Origin: Octopus sinensis
Lineage: Eukaryota
Length of the DNA: 64,000 nt
Reading direction: 5' to 3'
Assembly: GCF_006345805.1 (NCBI RefSeq)
Contig: NC_042999.1
Span: forward strand, 117,862,001-117,926,000
In this document: positions 1 to 13,760 of the stretch, piece after piece
How the letters are laid out: every line of letters starts with the position of its first letter
Numbering within the stretch: the stretch's first letter is position 1
The notes under the pieces: model-generated
What the model was told of the DNA's origin: nothing
Seen by the model: the letters and a program-made list of their open reading frames with translations, nothing else
The model's database searches: none
Made by a program: the position numbers and the translations under genes

Positions 1-1496
1 CACACTAGATAAAACCAATGAAATAAAAGAATTAGACCAAAGCCAAACTTACAAATACTTAGGAATCCATGAACTAGATAAGACACAACACACACAAATG
101 AAAGAGAAAATAAAAAAAGAATATTATAGACGAGTTAGATCAATACTAAACACAGAGCTCAATGCTAAAAACAAGATAATAGGTATCAACACTTTAGCTG
201 TCCCAGTTATAAGTTACAGCTACAATATCCTTAACTGGACACGAAATGAACTGACCAAAATAGATAGGAAAACAAGAAAAATAATGACAGGATCTAGGAT
301 GCATCACCCAAAATCTGACATAGAAAGACTATATATACAACGTATAGAAGGTGGTAGAGGCCTTATACAGCTGGAAAACTACTATAAAACAACCACCATA
401 GGACTGCAAAAATATCTACTTCAGAAGGAAGGAAAACTGATCCAGATAGCGGCAAAACACGAGCAAAACAAAAAACTGTTCTCAGTATTTAAGGAAGCTG
501 ACAAATACAAACAAGAAATCATACCACCTAATAAACATGAAGAAGAAGAAGAAGATGAAGAAACAACAAAAGCTATAAAACAAATGAAATCCAAACTAAA
601 AATAGAACAGCAACGAACCATGATAAAACGATGGCAAGAAAAGCCCCTTCATGGTAAATACTGCACTAAACTAAACGCAAAAGAAATAGACAAAGAAAAA
701 TCCCAGCAATGGTTGAGAAACTCAGGACTCAAATCAGAAACAGAGGGATTTTTAATTGCAGCACAAGACCAAAGCCTCCCCACCAGAAATTACCAAAAAC
801 ATGTAATGAAAATAAATATTACAAGTAACTGCAGAATATGTGGAGATGGACAAGAAACAATAAATCATATTATCTCTAGCTGCCCAGTCTTGACTAAGAA
901 GGAATATATTCACAGACATGACAGAGTTGGAACCTACATACACTGGAAGCTATGCCAACATTATGGAATAACAACAGAAAAAAGATGGTATAGGCACACA
1001 CCAGAAAAGGTCACAGAAAACGAGAAAGCAACCATACTCTGGGATATGCCGATACACACAGATACAGAAATTAAGGCCAACAGACCAGATATAGTTGTCA
1101 GAGATCATGAAGAAAAAAATGCTTTCTAATTGATGTATCAATACGGCTGATGACAACGTGTCTCTAAAAGAAATGGAGAAACTCTCAAAATACAAAGACC
1201 TGGAAATAGAGGTAACTAGAATGTGGAATCTGAAAACAGAAACAATTCCTATCATAGTAGGTACATTAGGCATGATAAAAAAATATTCAGACAAATACAT
1301 AACAAAAACACCAGGATTTACAAACACATATAACATACAAAAAATTGCACTACTAGGCACTGCACACATCCTACGCAGAACACTTTCCATACAATAACCA
1401 TCAGAGCATCACAACAAATCACAGCACATACCCAAGGCACACAGAGCTGTGCTCGGTAGTGAAGTGAAAGCACGCTATAAAAATAAAACTACTGAA
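1..1496 (+). mobile_element. R4/Dong-clade non-LTR retrotransposon, 3' part (end of RT, CCHC zinc finger, restriction-like endonuclease, 3' UTR); frameshifted
   Basis: The frame is open from base 2: YKYLG, GGRGLI, CRICGDGQETINHIISSC (CCHC), RHD, RPDIVV..LIDVS (PD-(D/E)xK) and EKLSKYKDL. Two -1 frameshifts near 1118 and 1145 join ORF 98-1129 to ORF 1158-1397. Ends in a (TAA)n tract. Confidence 0.9.
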
Positions 1497-1522
1497 TAAT
1501 AATGATAATAATAATAATAATA

Positions 1523-1582
<60 letters not shown>
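1495..1582. repeat. (TAA)n microsatellite forming the tail/target of the Dong-like element
   Basis: Near-perfect AAT repeat directly after the 3' UTR. Confidence 0.95.
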
Positions 1583-1583
<1 letters not shown>

Positions 1584-1983
1584 GATATATAGGCATATAT
1601 GGGTTCCCCATTCTCCTCTTATTCCCTTTTCCCTCCCATTTCCCACACGTAGCCATCCGCTATCTCGCTTATCCTCGCGTGACCATCTTTCTTTTCCTGC
1701 ACGATGTTCTAAAGACTGGATGTTTTCTATCTATCTCTCTCTTCTATTTCTATCTATCTTGATCTTCCACCTTTTCCCTTTACAAAGAAAATATTTCTCC
1801 CAACGTTCTCTATTTACCTCTCGTTCTGCTATAACGACCGTCTATGTTTATTTTCGTTCGGTTTCCTTGTATTTCTCCACTGTCCTCTTTTCCATTTTTT
1901 CTCTCGTTGTTTGCGTATTTAACTCTTTTGTTTCCGTACTTCATGTTATTTACACAGTTGGTGACGTTCTGTATCCATATATG

Positions 1984-2015
<32 letters not shown>

Positions 2016-2234
2016 AAGTTCAATAAAAGTCCAAGAAAATCATGTGTGTGGTAACATGACTGAAGTAGATATGTAGGTAGGTAGATATGTAGATAGATTG
2101 ATAATTAGTGAAATATTCGTATATCAATTAGAGTATAAAATCCTGACATAGATGATAATTGACTGAGATGGAATATAAGATTTGAGAGACAAAAATTTGA
2201 TCTATCATTAAAATAGAAGCAAAGAAAATATTGA

Positions 2235-2443
2235 TTTCAAATTTTGCCACAAGGCCAGCAATTTCGGGAGATGGGTAAGTCGATTACATCAACCCCCGTA
2301 CTCAACTGGAATTTATTTTATCGTTCCTGGAAGTGTGAAAGACAAAGTCTACCTCGATGGAATTTGAACTCAGACGTAAAAACAAACGTAATGCCGCGAA
2401 GCTTTTTCTCCAGGTGTGCTAACGATCATGGCAGCTCGGCGCC
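2235..2443 (-). mobile_element. tRNA-derived SINE (MetaSINE-like family)
   Basis: The reverse complement gives a GGCGCCGAGCTG tRNA-like head, a GAGTTCAAATTCC B box and a GGCCTTGTGGCAAAATTTGAAA tail. Homologous to copies at 15.2, 15.9 and 18.0 kb. Confidence 0.85.
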
Positions 2444-2676
2444 CTTACAATTAGAGAAAATGTTGAAACCAGAAAATGTTAAAGGCAAGCAAACATGAAA
2501 TTCATTACCCCTGTTTGATTGACATATTAGCAAGAAATAGCAGACTTAATTTCTCTGATATATAGTATTACAATGACAATGGAATGATGTAGTTCTATGG
2601 CTGAATAAATATAAAATAGTCATGGATGGAAAGCCTTTGATAACAGGTCTCATCCATCAGAGCTGTCAGGTCATTA

Positions 2677-2787
2677 ACAACAGCAGCAGCAGCAACAACA
2701 AAAACAACAACAACATCAACAGCAGCAACAACAACAACAACAACAACAACAACAAGAACAACAACAACAACAGTAGCAGCAACAACA
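2677..2787. repeat. (CAA/CAG)n microsatellite
   Basis: Visible trinucleotide repeat. Confidence 0.95.
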
Positions 2788-3259
2788 GAAAATGCCCTCA
2801 AAATATACCAAATTTGTACTGAATAATAAGAATGACATATAACATGACAAAATTACTGACATTAACTTCTCTTAAGTGTCTAATAAATGGTTGAAATCCA
2901 TGCAACTTCTGGGCACTCATGAAAATGCTAATTTGATCAGTTTAGAGTTAATTGTAGTGTGCTGATGCTACAGTTTTAGGGATGCTTTCTGTAACACCAT
3001 TTGAATATAAATTCTTAATCGAATAAAAGTATAATAAATTGTATTTTAAGCTATCAAACGACCGAAGATTCTAAAAGTATGATAAATAATACGTTAAATC
3101 TACTAAACGATCTAATCTTCTTCTAATATTTAGCCGAACAAGATATTAGTTATATTACATAATTGGCTTAGTGCTGATGACTGAGGATATTTTGAAATCT
3201 ACATTTACGTTGTATGAAAGACAGTGCTATCTGGTCACTTTATTTGCGCATGCCGGACT

Positions 3260-5031
3260 TTATAAATGGCAAAATTAGTAAACTATCCAAAGAGCACATT
3301 AGTAAAAAACACCATCTCGCCTGGAAATCCATCAAAGACCTATCAGGCAAAAATTCTGGGTCATCAATTAGAATTAAAGGGGGATCAGCTAAGAATCGTT
3401 TAGAAAATTGGTCAACCCATTTTAAAAACCTCCTTGGGAAGAATGCCAAAATCCCTGATAACCCCACTCTTCCAAGTGTGCCTATATCAGACACGCTGGA
3501 CATCAACTCCTCCTCTTTTACCATATTTGAACTAACAGCAGCCACCAAGCAACTAAAAGCCTCGAAAGCATTTGGTCTCGACAACATCCCAGCTATAATT
3601 TGGAAGGATGATAGATTTCACACACTTTTGCTCAACCTCTGCAACCACACACTTTCCACCTTTGTCGCTCCAAAGATTTGGCACCAATCTCAAATCATCC
3701 CAATACCCCAAAAAGGCGATTTATCCCTCGTCACCAACTACAGGGGTATATCTCTAATGTCAATTGCTGCAAAACTATACAACAAACTGATCCTAAATCG
3801 TCTTGTCCTTTTTGTTGAACCTTTGCTCCGAAAGAGCCAAAATGGATTCAGACATGGGCGCTCAACGCTGAGCCAGATACTATGCCTACGCAGATTTATT
3901 GAAGAATCAAAAGCATTTAATCGCGATCTTGCAATGGTATTTGTAGACTTTTCTAAAGCGTTCGATTCTGTAGATAGCTACAAGATGTTTGAAATCCTTA
4001 AGCTCTATGGGATACCAGACAAAATCATTTCTGCCATCAAGGTCCTCTACACAGATACGTCTTCAACCATCTTAACCCTTGACGGAGAAACATCATCTTT
4101 CTCATTCAAAGCCGAAATACTGCAGGGAGACACACTCGCCCCATTTCTTTTCATCATTGTTTTTGATTATGTGCTGCGTATGTCAGTTGATACCATCTCT
4201 GGCAAGGGCTTTGAAATAAAACCAAGAAGAAGTTCCAGACACCCAGCTGAGTACTTGACAGACACTGACTTTGCTGACGACATCGCTCTTATCAGTGATT
4301 CTCTCTCCAATGCCCAGTCTCTTTTACAATCTCTTGAACAAGCCTTAAATTGTGTAGGTCTTTACCTCAATGAGGCCAAGACTGAATACATAAACAAGTG
4401 CCTGTCCAACAGTGATTGCATCATCCATACTCTCAACAATGCGCCCTTAAATATGGTTTCTGATTACAAATATCTTGGGTCATACATATCATCATCTGGA
4501 AAAAACTTTCTAACTAGAAAGGGTATGGCCTGGTCAGCCTGTAATGACATGCATAAGATCTGGTCATCAAATCTAAGTAGAGACTTCAAACTTGAAATCT
4601 TCAAAGCCACACTCGAACCAATTCTACTATATGGCTCAGAAATCTGGACGTTATCAAAGAAGCTTGAGAGGCGGTTGGATGGAACCTACACTCGCCTCCT
4701 TATGAGAGCTCAAAAATCTCTCGTGGAAGCGCCATCCAACCAAAATGCAAGTATATGGGAAACTACCACCTGTGTCATCTCTTGTGAAAGGTAAGAGAGT
4801 CCAGTTTGCTGGACATTGTTGTAGAGCTGAAAAAGAGGTAATTTCTACTCTTCTCCTCTGGAAGCCATCTACTCGCAATACCAGAGGGCGCACACTCTCC
4901 TACCCTGATGTAATCTCCAGGGATACAGGCATCCAGCAACAAGACCTCCGTAATGCCATGATGGACCGTGAAGTCTGGCGTAGCATGGTAAATTCCATTG
5001 TCTCGACCACGGTCGAACAATGATGATGATA
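3260..5031 (+). mobile_element. RTE-clade LINE, 5'-truncated, RT domain with one frameshift near 4725
   Basis: ORF 3214-4794 has NYRGISL, QNGFR, FVDFSKAFDSV, QGDTLAPFLF, FADDIAL and YKYLG. It continues in ORF 4745-5023 (AMMDREVWR) and ends in a (TGA)n tail. Confidence 0.9.
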
Positions 5032-5103
5032 ATGGTAGTAAATCTAACAGACTCACTATCTATAATATTGAATCCTGAAAGTTACAGTCTACCATATTTA
5101 TAA

Positions 5104-5596
5104 GTGGAGGTGCAATGGCCCAGTGGTTAGGGCAGCAGACTCGCGGTCGTCGGATCGCGATTTCGATTCCCAGCCAGGCATTGTGAGTGTTTATTGAGCG
5201 AAAACACCTAAAGCTCCACGAGGCTTCGGCAGGGGGGGGAAACCCTGCTGTATTCTTTCACCACAACTTTCTCTCACTCTTTCTTCATGTTCCTGTTGTA
5301 CCTGTATTTCAAAGGGCCAGCCTTGTCACACTCTGTGTCACGCTGAATCTCCCCGAGGACTACGTTAAGGGTACACGTGTCTGTGGAGTGTTCAGCCACT
5401 TGCACGTTAATAAATGAACTGCGACGTCGCTGGTGTCAAGCTGTATCGGCCTTTACCTTTCCCTTGGATAACATCGGTGGCGTGGAGAGGGGAGGCTGGT
5501 ATGCGTTGGTGACTACTGGTCTTCCATAAACAACCTTGCCCAGACTCGTGCCTCGGAGGGTAACTTTCTAGGTGCAATCCTATAGTCATTCATGTA
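5104..5596 (+). mobile_element. tRNA-derived SINE with conserved central domain
   Basis: A box TGGCCCAGTGG and B-box-like TTTCGATTCC. The central CACGTGTCTGTGGAGTGTTCAGCCACTTGCACGTTAAT is shared with 30.7-31.0 kb, and the 3' part is shared with 55.7-56.0 kb. Confidence 0.85.
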
Positions 5597-6512
5597 ATAA
5601 GACCATACAGACTCCAGAAAATATTTGTCCTCTTGTTGATTTGCTTGTTGTGAATTTTCAATCATATGTATATACGACGATGGCTTAGCTAGCCGAAGCT
5701 TCAAAGTTACTGTCAACAATCTTCTTGCATAAGAATAATAAATTTATACTCTACAAAATTGAGTATTTAGTAACCCACCAGATTAAAACAAAACTGTTTT
5801 AATTATAACTGTATATAGAAACAAACATTACTATATATATATACATACACGCACAAACCCATACATATATAAATATATATGTACATGCATACACATATAT
5901 TTCATAGTTGCATTTTGCATTTTACTATATGTGTTATGTTATGATTATGCCAGCTGAAGATATCGTTTTGCGCTAGTAGAGCGCATTAACTACATAAGTA
6001 TGAAATATATCACTAGCTAACCAAATGAAGAAAAAGGATTATGAATTTGAGAAGTTTGGTTAGAAGAATCTGAAAACATATGGTTAGTGCTGATGTGTAT
6101 CATTAAAAAACGGAGAATTCACATAGCAATTAGATCGTTGATTTTAACTGTGGTAGTTTTAGTGATTATGGAGTACCGCCAGTGTTGAAAGAAAATTAAA
6201 ATATCTCTTAGACACGTGTAACGATTGTGATCCCTACACATTTTATACATCCCTACAAGAGTACTTAGATTTATAAAAGTTTTGAAATCAGTCGCTAAAC
6301 TGTATTATGTTTAATCATTCAGATTGAAGAATAGCAAGGTAAGGTTATAATAGTTGCGTTGGGTTGCTGACTTTGGTATCCTGATATATATATATATGCA
6401 GAATTCTCAAAGGAAGTCTCGTGCAACCACGTGGAAATCATGTGATGAGAGATGAACGAGCTGGGCAGCCATGAAATGAGCGATATTGCAACGCACGGGA
6501 GAAACTAGGAAT

Positions 6513-6595
6513 TGTACAGCATGGCCCTCGGAAGTGAGCTGTGTAACTTGCAGTTACGAACATTCACCATATTTTCTCAAGAGTGAAACACAACA
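6513..6595 (+). repeat. 5' LTR (83 bp)
   Basis: TGT...ACA; 70/83 identical to 10238-10320 by hand alignment. Followed by TGTCGACGCGGAT, a degenerate TGGCGACG-type PBS. Confidence 0.8.
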
Positions 6596-9500
6596 CATGT
6601 CGACGCGGATGAGATCCGGAAAACATTTAAATTGAACAGCTTGGAAGAAGCTAATACGTGGCTGATAGAGTTCGAAGCAAAAACCGAATGCGACGACGCT
6701 GAAGATGTAAAAAAAGCCTACATTTCTTTCTATCTGTGGAGTTGAAGCCATAAAGAAGTTAAAAGTTTTCAGAACACAGCATACCAAAAACCTAATGAAT
6801 GCGTTGCAAACAATAAAGCCGAAAGACAGACTGTTAATTAGGGGCAGATTAAAATTACTGGAACTAAAGCAACCAGAAGATGAGTTAATCAACGAATTTC
6901 TTCTTAGGATTAATTCTCAAGCTTTCTTCTGTCATTTGAATAGGTTAAAAGAAAATCCAGAAGTGGAAATCATGGAACTCATTTTCTTCGCGTGATTGTC
7001 GTCGGCAGAGATAAAGTAAAAAATTTTTGATCAGTTACGATGCCATTCTAAAATGAATTACCCTGAGATAGCTGCTCTCTCGCATCCACCCTAGAATCGG
7101 AAACAATGTTTGCGAGTAGTTGACAAACAATAACAAAGAATACCTGCAGTCGTGACGTTGTAGCGAAATGTTGAAATTGTGGACGTACACACAAAGCTTG
7201 TGCGTGTCCAGCATATAGAAAGCATTAAGGGCTGATCTAAAATTTATCGCCGTCTGGACAACATAAATGTATCTCCAAGCGAGACTGGATCTGTCGACAG
7301 TTTGTTGCTAAACGTGAACAACAATGAGAGTGCAAATAACTCGGGGTTTTGGAAGTCTTTCATAAATAACAGAAGTATAGATGTGAAAGTGGATGCTGGA
7401 GCAAGCTTGTTCGATAGGTCCGTTGTCCTTTGTTTCACAGTTAGGTATCCCAATCGAATTATGTCACAATAGATTAACCACTTTTGATGGTTCAGATCTA
7501 ATGGTTGTTAAATTAATCCAAGTGGCATTTAAACTCAATAACACCGACGATTCACGTAAATTTATTGTGGTAGACGGCCCATACTTTTTTGGGCTGATTG
7601 GAAAAATATTAAAGACAGTTTGTTTTGTTTCAATTTAAACATTGATGTTATCCCAGAGGTTAAAGGTTTTGTGGCTCGAGTTAATTGCTCTGATGCGAAA
7701 TTAGGCGTGATGAGTTCAACGAAAAGCGTTCCGGTATATTTGGAAAAACAAGTGAAAGATGAGTTAAAGAGTATGGAAATGATGGGTATCATCACACCGT
7801 CGGATTACTCTGCAGTCAGATGTGCTTCACCTCTGGTATGGCTGAGAAAAAAGATGGATCTCTTCGCATGTGTGTCGATTACAAGGTTCATTTAAATGCA
7901 CATGTTGACACCTATTCTTTTCCCAGGCCATCAATTGAGGCTATCTTCTCCGGAATATCAGGTGTGAAATTTTTCTCCACTCTCGATTTAAAGCATGCGT
8001 ATTGGCAAATACCTTTAGCGGAAGAAGCAAGGCGGATTTGCCCTATTAATACAAGCTAGTGGTGTCTATCTGGTTAACAGACTTCAAAAAGGCCTTAAGA
8101 ATTCGAGTGGCATATTTCTGAACTGCTTGGAAACTCTCCTAAAAGGGATCGAAGGAACCAAGATGATATCCTCATCTATGCTAGTGGCGAAGCAAAATCG
8201 ACGAGCAGGGAAATTACGGTAGTTGCAAGGCTAACAAAACACAGTGCTCCAGATTCAGACATGTTAAGCGGGTATTTCTCCATCTCATGAATTGTTATCA
8301 AAACTAAAAGACATACAATCGACAGAAAATATTGACAAAATATTGGGTTCGACAAATTACAACAGATTTGTCCCGGCTGATGCTGAAAAAGTAGAACCAC
8401 TCTTATCAACTAGATCTAAGGAATTTAAGTGGGGGTAAAAAGGAAAATGAGGCTTTCCGTATGCTTATCTTTTACCTTTCGGAGGCTCCAGATTTGCAAC
8501 TGTACTCAATGGAGAAGATGAGCACTCTCACTGTAGATGCATCCTTTATTGCAGTAGCATGGGTGTTATCCCAAGAAGGACACTCAGTAACATTCATATG
8601 CCACACCTTCAGCCAGGCACAATGAAATTAGTCAAACATAGAGAGAGAGGCTTATGCAGTGGTGTGGTGCGTAGATAGACTGCGGCATTTCCTTCAAGGA
8701 AAGCAGTTTTATTTGGAAATAGATCACCATCTTTTAAAAACCATGTTCGCGAAGGATTTAGATGTATTTCGACGTGCTTCGCAAAAAATAGCCAGGTGCA
8801 GCTTGATTCTATCACAACACGATTTCATCGTTAAGCATATTCCGGGTAAAAGTATTCTGCACGTCGATGCCCACTCTTGGTTGAGGTGTAATGAGACTAA
8901 CGATGGTGATATAATTTTCTTTGCTTCGCATTTAGACAAATACGACAGTGCATGGCAGGACATCGATACCGCAATAATGGAATGCATCTGAAAACAATTA
9001 GATGCAAGCGCATTATATTAGAAAATAAAGAAAGGAATTTTACAGCAAAATTGGAAATCGGTCTCAAATCTGGAACAGGCATTTGTTAAAGAGGATTTTC
9101 TAACATGCAAAAATTGCTTAATATATCATAAAATCGTCAGTATATTCCAGCACCTTATAGAGACCCAGTATTAGCTAAAATACACGACACACACATGAAC
9201 ATTCAATAAACAATTAAGGCTCTGTGTTTGGTGGCCTGGGTTGGCTTACTCGGTGGAGAAGTTTGTGAAATCTTCCGATACCTGCCAGAGAGTTAGCCCA
9301 ATTTGAGTAAAGGCCTATTTCTGGGCCCTGGGAATGTGTGCATATGGATTGGGCATATATCCCAAACATCAGTAACATACTTGTAATTGTAGATGCCTAT
9401 TCAACATGTATCAAAGCATTCTTGCGTCCTAATCGCTCGACCGAGGCGGTAAAAAACAAGCTGCTTGAGATCGTCGCTCGTTTTAGTGTACCCAGTTTTA

Positions 9501-10237
9501 GTATCGGATAACGGGCCTGAATTTGTTGCGTCAAAGAATATGTTGTCATTAATGTGTTGTAGAAAGATTGAGACAGCTGCTTACAGTCCAGCATCTAATG
9601 GCGCCGCTGAAAAGGCGTACAAGCTGTGAAAGATGCACTGAAGCATTTTGATCCAAAGACAGGGAATTTCGCCAACTACGTGAACCAAATTCTGTTCAAC
9701 TATCGGAGTACCTCGGGTGGTTTTAAATTATCACCGGCCGAAAAGTTAACGAAAATACCGAGGGTTGCTATAAACCCATTCTTTAAAATAGGTGAGGTTG
9801 TAATACACAAAGCTATATTCGACAAGGTTGCAGCCAAGGCAAAATATGTGATACATGACAGAAAGAATACTGCATGGATTAAGAGGGCGGATCGCCTGTA
9901 GCAGTTACTATAAGTTGAGCAACTGGCCCCGCTAAACACACGGGAATCAGAAAGCGAATTGAGCACAACACCTGACACAATGGTTCATGCTGAGTCTCCA
10001 AGTATGCCTAAGAGTGACGGTGCGACCATATCAGCTCTCCAGGCTGGGTGTGACACCAACACCGGAGTTATAGAAGAAGTGGAGCAGCCGAGAGTGATAG
10101 AAGTGGATCAGCCTATTATTGATAATGCTAGTCGTCGAAGATCAAACACAAAAATTTTATCAAGTCCTCAACTGTGGTGACATGCAAGAATTACGGCAGG
10201 ATGTAAAAAGCCAAATCGTTTCGAGGAGGCTAGGAAC

Positions 10238-10320
10238 TGTACAGTGTGGCCCTCGAAAGTGAGCAGTGTAACTTGAAGTTACGAATTTTCAATGTATTTT
10301 CTAATGAGTGAAACACACCA
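10238..10320 (+). repeat. 3' LTR (83 bp)
   Basis: Preceded by purine-rich GAGGAGGCTAGGAAC, just after the end of pol (KKPNRF). Confidence 0.8.
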
Positions 10321-12677
10321 AGGATAAACCTAGATATTCCTTTTATTAACTGGAAATTGCATAAATAATGATAATTGGCATAAAGTCAGAGGTTTTTCAA
10401 GAGGAATACGGGTGATAGACACTCGGTTCAGTATAGAACAAGTACTTATTCTATCGATTCAAAACTTTTCAGAGAAAGAAAGTTAGTGCAAGAATCATGA
10501 TTTTACTTCAAAATTATGTCTATAATTACTATATCTTTTTATAGATTTATAGCGTATGTTTTGAGTCAGACAATATCTACATCAGATAATTATCGATAAA
10601 ACCTGCTTCTGCAATGAATAAATCAATGTTGATGTGAATAAATTTTTATTATGTTATAAACAGCCGTCAATACGTTATAAGAAGATAGAATTCATCCTCT
10701 CACAAGAATCGTTCCGTACAGATATGTACGCGTGAGCACAAACATGGCAGAATTCAAATTTTGTTAATAAATATAACGTGTTATGAATTAACTGATACGA
10801 ATTTACTTTTCCGCAAGTTCATTGACTGATTATTTCTTAATATCACAACCTACGTTAAACGTAAAATCTACTGCTGCTGAAGTATGAATAAAAATTTACA
10901 ATTTTAGTCAATTTTAACGTATTTTGGAAAAAAGAATTTTCCGTTTTGATAAGACACACTGATCGGCTGCCTTGTGCTTATATTCCCTCCACATAAGAGA
11001 ATTTTGCAAAGTGCTAGACTTACTGGATCAGTATGTCTTTTCCATGAGTAATACCTCTTCACATGTGTAATACATCCGTAGTCATTAGTTAAGCTTTCAA
11101 AATTAACATCATTCAATTAGGCTACACTCATTCGGAATATTTTACAACTAAATTTACCGTTTTCAGACCGAATAATAGAAAATAATTTGTTTCATATCGA
11201 CGAAGTCAAGTTTTCTATTCATAGATTCTGTTTAAAGAGCATTGTACATAAGTAACTTATCAAGAAAGGTTAACTGCATTATAATATTTGTGTATATCAC
11301 ATTGAAACAAAAAATATACAGCACTACTAATAGATGTAAAACATATAAAAGATGTAAAATAGATGCAAAACATAGAAAATAATTGCATAATTTAACCAAG
11401 TTAAAAAACTGAAAAGTTATTGTGCTTAGTTTGCATATTTGAAATTTGAAAATATGGAAGCAATTTTGTACGTTTAATATGTGGCTCAAAAAGATAATGC
11501 TTAACAGATATAAACAATAGAGATAATTCTACTATAAAAATGGAGGTGTTTTATGTACGCATATTAATTGAACTTTCAGTTTTTCTGTACTACTACAGTT
11601 GTGGACAAAACCGTTGCCTAAAAGTGTATTTTCGAAAAACTGTTGTAGAAATATCTAATAAATTGTCCGTTAGATTTTTTAAAACTAAAAACGAAATTAT
11701 GAAGTCTGTAATACCACATCTGCTGTTTAATCGATATGTCATATTTTTAAAATAAAGTTCTTTATAAGACGAATAATCACCAAAGTTCTTTTAAGCAACA
11801 TGTTTCGCGACATGTTTCTCTCAACTTTGAAAGAAATTTAAATTGCGGTAACTCCAGGACGTCTGGTTCAATATACATAATTTTTCTATACGATGAAATT
11901 TCATACCAAGATCATTAAAATGCGACCAGGTTTGTATACGCCTCATGTATTAAAAATATTACTATAATTCCATTTTCTGTTATTCTCTTATTTTTGCACA
12001 CTGCTTCCGTCTCGTCCAAGTATTTGAAATCAAAACTTGAATATAGATATGTAATAGTGTAAAAGTTGTGAAATATATTAAAAATATACTTCACGCTGTT
12101 GAAACAATATCCGATGTAGAAGTCAGTACACTTATTAGAGTGGACAGATATGTTTAATATGTCTAATGTCGACAATCTACACTAAGCTGTGCCCCGGATG
12201 TTCATGATCGTGGGGTACGAAAAATTGATTTCAATTTATTTAACGGTGTATTGCCCTTGATTGGGTGTAAAAGGTCTATTTGAAAACTAAGCAAATATGT
12301 ACTAATTATTATAGGAATTGCTGTGGCAATCGTTAATAGCATTCAGGTTTGCAAGAAGTAGATTTACTTGAAATTATTTCCGAATTAAATTATTGACGAT
12401 GATCTTGTTTGAACGATAAGAATTATTTGAAAATTTGGGAAAGAGAAAATCTGCAATTTGGGGATGTCAATTATACTAAGTTTAATGGTTAAAATTTTTC
12501 CCAATTGAAACTAGCTATCTGGGTGTGCTGGAAGAATAAGCGTACCTATGAAAATATTTAGACATAAGAAACAATACACATGCACATATGCACACGAATA
12601 CACACAACATATTATACATACACATTCACATATATCCATTGCATACAAACTATTCGTAGTGTCTATCTTCCCGGTTT

Positions 12678-12725
12678 CTGCTGCTGAAGAGGAAATAACC
12701 ATTCAGAAATGCACGCATCCAACAG
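12678..12725 (+). ncRNA. Degenerate type I hammerhead ribozyme (Penelope-type)
   Basis: CTGCTG-CTGAAGA-GGAAT aacc ATTCA-GAAA-TGCACGCA-TC-CAACAG. The core is intact with an AUC cleavage triplet; stems I and II each have one mismatch. Confidence 0.6.
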
Positions 12726-12918
12726 TCTCGTTAGAGAGCGTAACGAACTGACCTGGCTTGTTTACACCTGTCTGTCGACAGCGAGGAATTTTCTCCATGG
12801 CAAAATACAGTGAATAGAATTTCTTACAGGTTCGAATATACTTCAAGCATATTTGAACTGATAATAAGTTTACATTTATATACAATACTATCTAGTGGTG
12901 TCATCCCGTATGTGTGTC

Positions 12919-13262
<344 letters not shown>

Positions 13263-13329
13263 TAAAAATTTACTTAATTCAAAAGGTATTAATTGTATAA
13301 AATAGCTTTATATAAACTATATTTATGCA

Positions 13330-13760
13330 GATCTGATGGAAAGTGTATTTCGGGCAAACAATTTCACTGTTTTCAGCATTTCAATGGTATAATGGCAAAA
13401 GGTAATCTGTGGTTTCTAATTTTGTTTTCATTGTCGTTCTCACTAATTTCGATATGTTTCTGATTGAAAATCCTTATAAGTTATTCATCATTTGCCTTTC
13501 ATAATTGATGATATTCTTCCTTTACATTGAAAGGGGAATTATTTCTATTTCCCATTAGCACTAATGTCTAGATTTTACATGGATGATTTTACATTCGAAA
13601 GAGATGGACTACATTACATTAAATTCGTAAGAGATGGATTCTTGACTTGGGCTACTAATTTTATTCCATTTTGGCTGATATAGTTCTTGCATTGTAGGCA
13701 TGTGATACAATAAATGACATATTCTGTTTTGCAATTCATAGTTACCTTAATCTTAAGTTC
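13330..13760 (-). mobile_element. Penelope-like element GIY-YIG endonuclease relic
   Basis: The minus strand reads MNCKTEYVIYCITCLQCKNYISQNG (VIYCITC..C..YIG.T motif), then decayed downstream motifs with stops. Confidence 0.65.

Larger units (their letters stand above)
6513..10320 (+). mobile_element. Decayed Ty3/Gypsy LTR retrotransposon (gag-PR-RT-RH-IN)
   Basis: Protease KVDAGA (~7390); RT ASPLV, DGSLRMCVDYK and FSTLDLKHAYWQIPL; RNase H VDAS and EREAYAVVWCVDRL..F..EIDH; integrase remnants at 9150-9800. Many stops and frameshifts. Direct repeats at both ends. Confidence 0.9.

Noticed and set aside
3168-3220. CTGATGA...GAAA just upstream of the RTE
   Set aside because: No credible stems II, III or I.
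5104-5180. tRNA genes at SINE heads (also 19221, 30940-31009, 55705)
   Set aside because: They lack full cloverleafs and run directly into SINE bodies.
5948-6020. CTGAAGA...GCGC/GCGC hairpin...GAAATATATC hammerhead-like string
   Set aside because: The stem II base does not pair and stem I is offset and mismatched; too degenerate to call.
7820-8059. The ORF track labels this RT peptide as minus strand
   Set aside because: The plus strand at 7820 reads ATGTGCTTCACC (MCFT...), so it is a plus-strand piece of the Gypsy pol; the strand label appears wrong.
10990-11116. Possible minus-strand exon ending in CCA|GTAAGT
   Set aside because: Weak acceptor and no recognisable peptide.
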